UHGV virus genome: UHGV-0038498 | Direction: 5' to 3' (one strand) | DNA length: 64,000 bases | DNA from: a virus | Shown: positions 55,526-64,000 of the stretch, piece after piece | How the letters are laid out: each line of letters starts with the position of its first letter | Numbering within the stretch: the first letter of the stretch is position 1 | Notes under the pieces: generated by a model | Told to the model about the DNA's origin: nothing | Database searches by the model: none | The model's input: the letters and a program-made list of their open reading frames with translations, nothing else | Program-made: the position numbers and the translations under genes

Positions 55526-55805
55526 ATATAAATCCGACTTTGATGTTAATATTCACCGCGGTACATTTTGGGGAAATTACGTCGGTAAAGATGCTGGCAG
55601 CCGGGAGGCTGCCATTGAATTATTCAAAAAAGATTTTATACGTCGAATTAAATCCGGAGAAATAACTAAAGCACATTTAGAGCCTTTACGTGGAATGAGG
55701 CTAGGATGCACATGTAAACCAAAGCCGTGTCATGGTGATATAATAGCTCATATAGTTAACCGATTGTTTAAAGACGATTTTCAAGTTGAGGACTTATGCA
55801 ATTAA
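55479..55805 (+). CDS. Hypothetical Cys/His-containing protein overlapping both neighbours; start uncertain
   Basis: 108 aa ORF; ...[20 protein letters not shown]... Confidence 0.4.
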   Translation: MTNYYRAGRLCRVVNKYKSDFDVNIHRGTFWGNYVGKDAGSREAAIELFKKDFIRRIKSGEITKAHLEPLRGMRLGCTCKPKPCHGDIIAHIVNRLFKDDFQVEDLCN

Positions 55806-58060
55806 TTAATGTTATCAAAAGTAGTGGTGTTTCTCAGAGCTTTGACCCGCAAAAAATTATTAAAGTTTTATCTTGGGCAGCTGAAGGAACATCTGTAGAT
55901 CCTTATGAATTATATGAAAATATTAAATCATATCTCCGTGATGGAATGACAACTGATGACATTCAGACTATTGTCATTAAGGCTGCTGCGAATTCTATTT
56001 CAGTTGAAGAGCCTGATTATCAATACGTAGCTGCACGCTGTTTAATGTTTGCTCTTCGTAAGCATGTTTATGGGCAGTATGAACCACGTTCATTTATTGA
56101 CCATATTTCTTACTGTGTAAATGAAGGTAAATATGACCCTGAATTGTTGTCAAAATATTCTGCCGAAGAAATTACATTTTTAGAATCAAAAATTAAGCAC
56201 GAGCGGGATATGGAATTTACTTATTCCGGGGCGATGCAATTAAAAGAAAAATATCTAGTTAAAGATAAAACCACTGGTCAAATTTATGAAACTCCGCAGT
56301 TTGCATTTATGACTATTGGAATGGCATTACATCAAGATGAACCTGTTGATAGATTAAAACATGTTATTCGTTTTTATGAAGCAGTATCTACTCGACAGAT
56401 TTCATTACCAACTCCTATTATGGCTGGTTGCCGTACTCCAACTCGGCAGTTTAGTTCATGCGTTGTTATTGAAGCAGGTGATTCATTAAAGTCTATCAAT
56501 AAGGCTTCCGCTTCAATTGTTGAATATATCTCCAAACGCGCTGGAATTGGTATTAACGTTGGTATGATTCGTGCCGAAGGTTCTAAGATTGGCACAGGTG
56601 AAGTGCGTCATACTGGCGTTATTCCTTTTTGGAAACATTTTCAGACTGCTGTTAAATCATGTTCACAAGGCGGAATTCGTGGCGGCGCTGCTACTGCTTA
56701 TTATCCTATTTGGCATTTGGAAGTTGAAAATCTTCTCGTTTTGAAAAATAACAAAGGCGTAGAAGAAAACCGCATCCGTCATATGGATTACGGTGTTCAA
56801 CTGAATGACCTAATGATGGAACGATTCGGAAAGAATGATTACATTACTTTGTTCAGTCCGCATGAAATGGGTGGCGAACTTTATTATTCTTATTTTAAAG
56901 ACCAAGACCGTTTCCGTGAATTATACGAAGCCGCAGAAAAAGACCCTAATATTCGTAAAAAGCGTATTAAAGCCCGTGAACTGTTTGAATTGCTCATGAC
57001 TGAACGCTCAGGAACAGCAAGGATTTATGTGCAGTTCATTGATAATACGAATAACTATACGCCATTTATTCGTGAAAAGGCACCTATTCGTCAGAGTAAC
57101 TTGTGTTGTGAAATTGCTATTCCAACAAATGACGTGAATAGTCCTGATGCTGAAATTGGATTGTGTACGTTATCTGCATTTGTGTTAGATAACTTTGATT
57201 GGCAAGACCAAGATAAAATTAACGAATTGGCAGAAGTCCAAGTTCGTGCTCTTGATAATCTTTTGGATTACCAAGGATATCCAGTTCCAGAAGCTTTAAA
57301 AGCTAAAAAGCGTCGAAACCTCGGTGTTGGTGTGACGAACTATGCAGCTTGGCTGGCAAGTAATTTTGCTTCTTATGAAGATGCTAACGATTTAACACAC
57401 GAACTATTTGAGAGATTACAGTATGGACTCATTAAAGCATCCATTAAGCTCGCCAAAGAAAAAGGACCTTGCGAATATTATTCAGACACTCGTTGGTCTC
57501 GAGGCGAATTACCTATCGACTGGTACAATAAAAAGATTGACCAAATCGCAGCTCCAAAATACGTTTGTGACTGGTCGTCGCTGCGGGAAGACCTTAAGCT
57601 CTTTGGCATCCGTAATAGCACATTATCAGCACTTATGCCATGTGAGTCATCTTCCCAAGTTTCTAACAGTACAAACGGTATCGAGCCTCCACGTGGACCA
57701 GTCTCTGTTAAAGAATCAAAAGAGGGTTCCTTTAATCAAGTCGTGCCCAATATTGAGCATAACATAGACCTCTATGATTATACGTGGAAATTAGCTAAGA
57801 AAGGTAATAAACCTTATCTTACGCAAGTAGCTATTATGTTGAAATGGGTATGTCAATCAGCTTCAGCGAATACATATTATGACCCGCAGATTTTTCCAAA
57901 AGGAAAGGTTCCAATGTCAATAATGATTGATGACCTTTTGTATTTTTGGTATTTTGGCGGAAAAAATTTCTATTATCATAATACACGTGACGGTTCTGGT
58001 ACTGATGATTATGAAATAGAAACTCCAAAAGCTGAAGATTGTTCATCCTGTAAATTATGA
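55796..58060 (+). CDS. nrdA: Aerobic ribonucleotide reductase large subunit NrdA
   Basis: 754 aa [44 protein letters not shown]...; T4 NrdA length and sequence. Confidence 0.95.
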   Translation: MQLINVIKSSGVSQSFDPQKIIKVLSWAAEGTSVDPYELYENIKSYLRDGMTTDDIQTIVIKAAANSISVEEPDYQYVAARCLMFALRKHVYGQYEPRSFIDHISYCVNEGKYDPELLSKYSAEEITFLESKIKHERDMEFTYSGAMQLKEKYLVKDKTTGQIYETPQFAFMTIGMALHQDEPVDRLKHVIRFYEAVSTRQISLPTPIMAGCRTPTRQFSSCVVIEAGDSLKSINKASASIVEYISKRAGIGINVGMIRAEGSKIGTGEVRHTGVIPFWKHFQTAVKSCSQGGIRGGAATAYYPIWHLEVENLLVLKNNKGVEENRIRHMDYGVQLNDLMMERFGKNDYITLFSPHEMGGELYYSYFKDQDRFRELYEAAEKDPNIRKKRIKARELFELLMTERSGTARIYVQFIDNTNNYTPFIREKAPIRQSNLCCEIAIPTNDVNSPDAEIGLCTLSAFVLDNFDWQDQDKINELAEVQVRALDNLLDYQGYPVPEALKAKKRRNLGVGVTNYAAWLASNFASYEDANDLTHELFERLQYGLIKASIKLAKEKGPCEYYSDTRWSRGELPIDWYNKKIDQIAAPKYVCDWSSLREDLKLFGIRNSTLSALMPCESSSQVSNSTNGIEPPRGPVSVKESKEGSFNQVVPNIEHNIDLYDYTWKLAKKGNKPYLTQVAIMLKWVCQSASANTYYDPQIFPKGKVPMSIMIDDLLYFWYFGGKNFYYHNTRDGSGTDDYEIETPKAEDCSSCKL

Positions 58061-58103
58061 TATAATTTGACTCACGGACGAGTCACCAACAACGAGAAAT
58101 AAT

Positions 58104-58895
58104 ATGAAAGACCTACCTGCCATAACATATCCAGGTGCAAAACATAAGTATATGCCATTTATTAGACAATTTTCAAACCGCTTTGACGATAAGCCTGTTT
58201 TGGATGCTTTTTGTGGTGGTCTTGGATTTTCTATGAATTGTCAGAGAGATGTTATATGTAATGATATTAATACTCCTCTTATAGATATGTATAACAAGAT
58301 GAAATTATCTTCAATTAATGATATAGTTCAAATTATTGAAGACTTTAATTTGAATGACAAAGATTCAGCACCTTTTTATAATCTGTCAAAAGAATACGAT
58401 AAAACCAAAAACGGATTATATCTTTATGTTTTACATTTATTTTCATTCAGTTCGTTAATCCGATTTTCTAGTAATGGAAATTATAACGCGGCTTTCGCCA
58501 ATAGAGCCAAGTATTCCAGAACTTCTTTTAACAAGTCTCAACAGGATAAATTTTCTGAATTTAAAAATAGACAGCACCGATTTACATTTAGTAATAAATC
58601 ATTCAGAGATTTGGATTTTGAAAACAAAAATTTATTCATTGACCCACCATATCTTTCTACTAAATTTAAATATTCAGGCTGGGAAGAAAAGGATGAATTA
58701 GAATTATTAGACAAAATTAAACAATCAAAGTCTAAATTTATTATCACTAATAATCTATCAGACGATATTAACAATTATATTTTAAAAGATTGGGCACTTT
58801 CTAATAATTTCAAAATTGAATATTTTGAAACCATGTATAGGAAGCAAAAGAAAGGTGCATCATTTCAGACTGAAGTGCTTATACACAATATGTGA
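58104..58895 (+). CDS. Dam-family N6-adenine DNA methyltransferase (divergent), in the nrdA-nrdB gap
   Basis: 263 aa; motifs in Dam order: YPGAK (cf. WAGGK), DAFCGGLGFS (AdoMet motif I), NDINTPLIDMY, LYLYVLH, FIDPPY (catalytic DPPY); own SD (AACGAGAAATAAT). Confidence 0.7.
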   Translation: MKDLPAITYPGAKHKYMPFIRQFSNRFDDKPVLDAFCGGLGFSMNCQRDVICNDINTPLIDMYNKMKLSSINDIVQIIEDFNLNDKDSAPFYNLSKEYDKTKNGLYLYVLHLFSFSSLIRFSSNGNYNAAFANRAKYSRTSFNKSQQDKFSEFKNRQHRFTFSNKSFRDLDFENKNLFIDPPYLSTKFKYSGWEEKDELELLDKIKQSKSKFIITNNLSDDINNYILKDWALSNNFKIEYFETMYRKQKKGASFQTEVLIHNM

Positions 58896-58930
58896 TTAAA
58901 TAATTTAAATCTATAATAAGCGAGAATAAT

Positions 58931-60100
58931 ATGTCTACAGTTTTTAATACAAATCCAGTTGATGTTTTAAAAGAACCTATGTTCTTCGGTTCAGGTCTTG
59001 GTATTGCGCGTTATGATATTCAACGCCATAAAGTTTTTGAAGATTTAACCGAAAAGCAATTATCATTTTTCTGGCGTCCTGAAGAAGTAAACTTAATGAT
59101 GGATGCTGCGCAATTTAACAAGCTTCCTCAGTATCAGCAAGATATTTTTACTAATAACTTGAAGTATCAATCACTTCTAGATAGCATTCAGGGTCGTGCA
59201 CCGTCTGCTGTACTTATGTCGTTAATTTCAGACCCAAGTCTTGATACATGGGTTGCTACATGGACTTTTAGTGAAACTATTCACAGCCGTTCATATACTC
59301 ATATCATGCGAAATCTTTATACTGATCCGTCAAAGGTATTTGATGAGATTGTATTAGATAAAGCTATTATGAAACGTGCCGAGTCCATTGGTCGCTATTA
59401 CGATGATGTTCTAGTTAAGACTCGTGAATACCAAAACGCGGTTGAAGATTATGAAGGAATTTTATCAGAAGGATTTCGTAAAGACGAATTAGGCAAAGTT
59501 GTTGAATGTACTAAACGAGCACTAATGAAATCTCTTTATCTTTGCCTTCATGTAATCAACGCGTTGGAAGCTATTCGTTTTTATGTATCTTTCGCATGTA
59601 CCTTTAACTTCCATAAGAACATGGAAATCATGGAAGGTAATGCCAAGATTATGAAGTTCATTGCACGTGATGAGCAGCTTCACCTTAAAGGCACTCAATA
59701 TATTATTCGTCAACTTCAACTTGGCACTGATGGCGATGAATGGGTTAAAATTGCTCAAGAGTGTGAACAAGAAGCAGTTGATATTTTCATGGAAGTTAAC
59801 CGTCAAGAAAAAGACTGGGCAGTTCATTTATTTAAAGATGGCGATGTTCCTGGATTAAATACAAATAGCATGTGGAGCTTTATTGATTACTTAACTGTAT
59901 CTCGTATGAAACAGTGCGGTCTTCCATGCCCAATTACTGATGCTCCGGTTAAACATCCGTATCCTTGGATTCGTGAATATCTTAATTCTGATAATGTTCA
60001 ATCCGCGCCACAAGAAGTAGAACTGTCATCTTACCTTGTAGCACAGATTGATAATGATGTTGATGATAAAGTTATGATGGGTTTTAAAAAATATTTTTAA
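58931..60100 (+). CDS. nrdB: Aerobic ribonucleotide reductase small subunit NrdB, intron-free
   Basis: 389 aa MSTVFNTNPVDVLKEPMFFGSGLGIARYDIQRHKVFEDLTEKQLSFFWRPEEVN...; single uninterrupted frame. Confidence 0.92.
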   Translation: MSTVFNTNPVDVLKEPMFFGSGLGIARYDIQRHKVFEDLTEKQLSFFWRPEEVNLMMDAAQFNKLPQYQQDIFTNNLKYQSLLDSIQGRAPSAVLMSLISDPSLDTWVATWTFSETIHSRSYTHIMRNLYTDPSKVFDEIVLDKAIMKRAESIGRYYDDVLVKTREYQNAVEDYEGILSEGFRKDELGKVVECTKRALMKSLYLCLHVINALEAIRFYVSFACTFNFHKNMEIMEGNAKIMKFIARDEQLHLKGTQYIIRQLQLGTDGDEWVKIAQECEQEAVDIFMEVNRQEKDWAVHLFKDGDVPGLNTNSMWSFIDYLTVSRMKQCGLPCPITDAPVKHPYPWIREYLNSDNVQSAPQEVELSSYLVAQIDNDVDDKVMMGFKKYF

Positions 60101-60104
60101 GGAG

Positions 60105-60127
60105 TGGGCCGCAAGGCCCATTTTATT
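60105..60127 (+). terminator. Hairpin (TGGGCC-GCAA-GGCCCA) with U-rich tail between nrdB stop and denA start; possible terminator and/or SD-bridging structure
   Basis: 6 bp GC stem with GNRA loop; AAGGAG lies just 5' of the hairpin and denA ATG just 3'. Confidence 0.45.
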
Positions 60128-61715
<1,588 letters not shown>

Positions 61716-61750
61716 GCTGTTTACAAGTCCCTCGTGTTGTGTTACAGTAG
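61716..61750 (+). promoter_or_regulatory. Early promoter (-35 GTTTAC 61719-61724, -10 TACAGT 61743-61748)
   Basis: GTTTAC-N18-TAnnnT. Confidence 0.4.
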
Positions 61751-61776
61751 TCTTACTGACATAACATGAGGACTTT

Positions 61777-62283
61777 ATGATGGATTTACAGCTTATTACT
61801 ACTGAAATGGTCGTTGAAGCATACGGTGATACCACGGATGGGATTTCTGTATTTAAAGGAAATCGTCGAGTTGGATATATCACCGATCTTAAGAAAGATT
61901 TAGCTAAGCAAGCAAAGCGGAAAACGACCATTAAAGAATATCGAAATCGTCGTCTTGAGCAAGCCCGTGATATGCTTCCCGATGCGGTTGAGGAGATGAA
62001 AGTCTTTTTAGAAAATCAGCTTGCGAAATATGATTGTGATGTGTTCATTAATCAGACTCAACCTAATGTTCATATTAATAACTGTAAATGCTATATCATC
62101 GTTAATCCTTTGACGGGAAAACATCGTCTTGGAATTAGTAATCCAAATCGTAGCGCATCGGATATGGCAGAAGATGTTGAGGCATGCTTTAAAATTTCTA
62201 AATCTCCTGCTGAACATCATATTTTAATTAACGGTCTTTCTCAAGACGATATTATAGAGGTTATTAAAACTTTATGCAATTAA
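61777..62283 (+). CDS. alc: Alc (blocks transcription of cytosine-containing DNA)
   Basis: 168 aa ORF at the T4 alc position between gene 63 and the spanin genes. Confidence 0.75.
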   Translation: MMDLQLITTEMVVEAYGDTTDGISVFKGNRRVGYITDLKKDLAKQAKRKTTIKEYRNRRLEQARDMLPDAVEEMKVFLENQLAKYDCDVFINQTQPNVHINNCKCYIIVNPLTGKHRLGISNPNRSASDMAEDVEACFKISKSPAEHHILINGLSQDDIIEVIKTLCN

Positions 62284-62627
62284 GTAATACGACAGCAGGC
62301 TTGCTATTAATTGTAATTGCATTGGGCGGAACTTCTTTAATTTTAAAAAATAAAATTGAAAGATTAGAAACGTCTGTTGTAGAAATTACAAAAACGGCCA
62401 ATGAAAACGCTTTAGCATTAAATAATTTGCGAATTCAGTATAATTATATTGATGCGATGAATAATAAAAATCGTGAGGCAATTGCTGCTATTGAGCGTGA
62501 AAATGAAAAACTGCGCAAAGACGCAAAGAAGGCGGATGTGGTGGCTCATAAGCCAGGATTGGTTGAAAAACAAATCAACAACTCCTTCAACAAGTTCGCA
62601 GAAGACATCCAGGACCTTTCTAAATGA
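62274..62627 (+). CDS. Inner-membrane spanin (i-spanin; pseT.3 position)
   Basis: 117 aa; N-terminal TM helix (LLLIVIALGGTSLIL) followed by coiled-coil-like region. Confidence 0.6.
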   Translation: MQLSNTTAGLLLIVIALGGTSLILKNKIERLETSVVEITKTANENALALNNLRIQYNYIDAMNNKNREAIAAIERENEKLRKDAKKADVVAHKPGLVEKQINNSFNKFAEDIQDLSK

Positions 62628-62923
62628 TTAAACTATCAGCAGTAATATTATCTATTGGTCTTCTAGTTGGTTGTTCGACAAAGCCTCTAGAAGTAAAGAA
62701 AGAAACAGTTCATCCTAATTGGCCTGTACAAATAAAGTCATATGATGAAGCTAAACTATCCTGGCAAGTTAAAGTTATTGATGGCAAAGCTTGGGTCGGT
62801 ATGCCATTCGAAGATTCCCAGGAATTTCGTATTTGGCTTAATGATGTAAAACGATATGTACATGATCAGAAAACTATGATATGTTATTATCGCCAAGAGT
62901 TAAAAGAGGATAAATGCAAATGA
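62624..62923 (+). CDS. Outer-membrane lipoprotein spanin (o-spanin; pseT.2 position)
   Basis: 99 aa; signal peptide with lipobox LVGC (MIKLSAVILSIGLLVGCSTKP...); ATGA overlap with i-spanin. Confidence 0.6.
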   Translation: MIKLSAVILSIGLLVGCSTKPLEVKKETVHPNWPVQIKSYDEAKLSWQVKVIDGKAWVGMPFEDSQEFRIWLNDVKRYVHDQKTMICYYRQELKEDKCK

Positions 62924-63144
62924 TTTCATGGCATCAATTTGAACATCTCAAAGGATTGATTTATGAATCCGAGATGGCTGCAATGATTTACGGACGCCAG
63001 ATTCAGCGGTTAGAATCTTTACCTCCAACTAATGATGTTTTATTAGCTCAATCTCGTGCTAATCTTAAAAATGAATACCAAAATAAGTGGGGTAAAGCAT
63101 CTAAAGACCTGCATGATTATATTCAATCATTGGTTGAGAAATAA
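62914..63144 (+). CDS. Hypothetical protein
   Basis: 76 aa ORF. Confidence 0.45.
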   Translation: MQMISWHQFEHLKGLIYESEMAAMIYGRQIQRLESLPPTNDVLLAQSRANLKNEYQNKWGKASKDLHDYIQSLVEK

Positions 63145-63147
63145 TAA

Positions 63148-64000
<853 letters not shown>

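Overview
This 64 kb window is a contiguous slice of a T-even (T4-like, Tequatrovirus-type) myovirus genome. All calls rest on reading the ORF translations and recognising them from memory of T4 proteins and gene order; no database search was run. On the plus strand it runs in the direction of early transcription: 3' end of gene 62, regA, 43 (DNA polymerase), imm, 42, uvsX, 40, 41, dmd, sp, 61, 56, soc, modB/modA, srd, dda, dexA, a motB-like family, 39, rIIA, rIIB, denB, ndd, stp, 52, motA, arn, asiA. The late tail-fibre block t-38-37-36-35-34 follows on the minus strand, then plus-strand rnh, dsbA, 33, 59, 32, frd, td, nrdA, nrdB, denA, 63 (rnlA), alc, the spanin pair and the 5' part of pseT. 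Fifteen early promoters share an identical geometry (GTTTAC, 18 nt, TAnnAT), and CUUCGG-type hairpin terminators are frequent. The phage is T2-like rather than T4 itself: gene 39 is uninterrupted, td and nrdB have no introns, no homing-endonuclease ORFs are present, gp37 is long with a C-terminal chaperone domain and gp38 is a glycine-rich adhesin. The most interesting departures from the T4 layout are: a divergent Dam-family DNA methyltransferase between nrdA and nrdB; a small antisense membrane-protein gene with a perfect Shine-Dalgarno at the 61/56 junction; a DxD glycosyltransferase where T4 has beta-gt; a secreted/lipoprotein/membrane gene cluster around imm; and clusters of hydrophobic microproteins.
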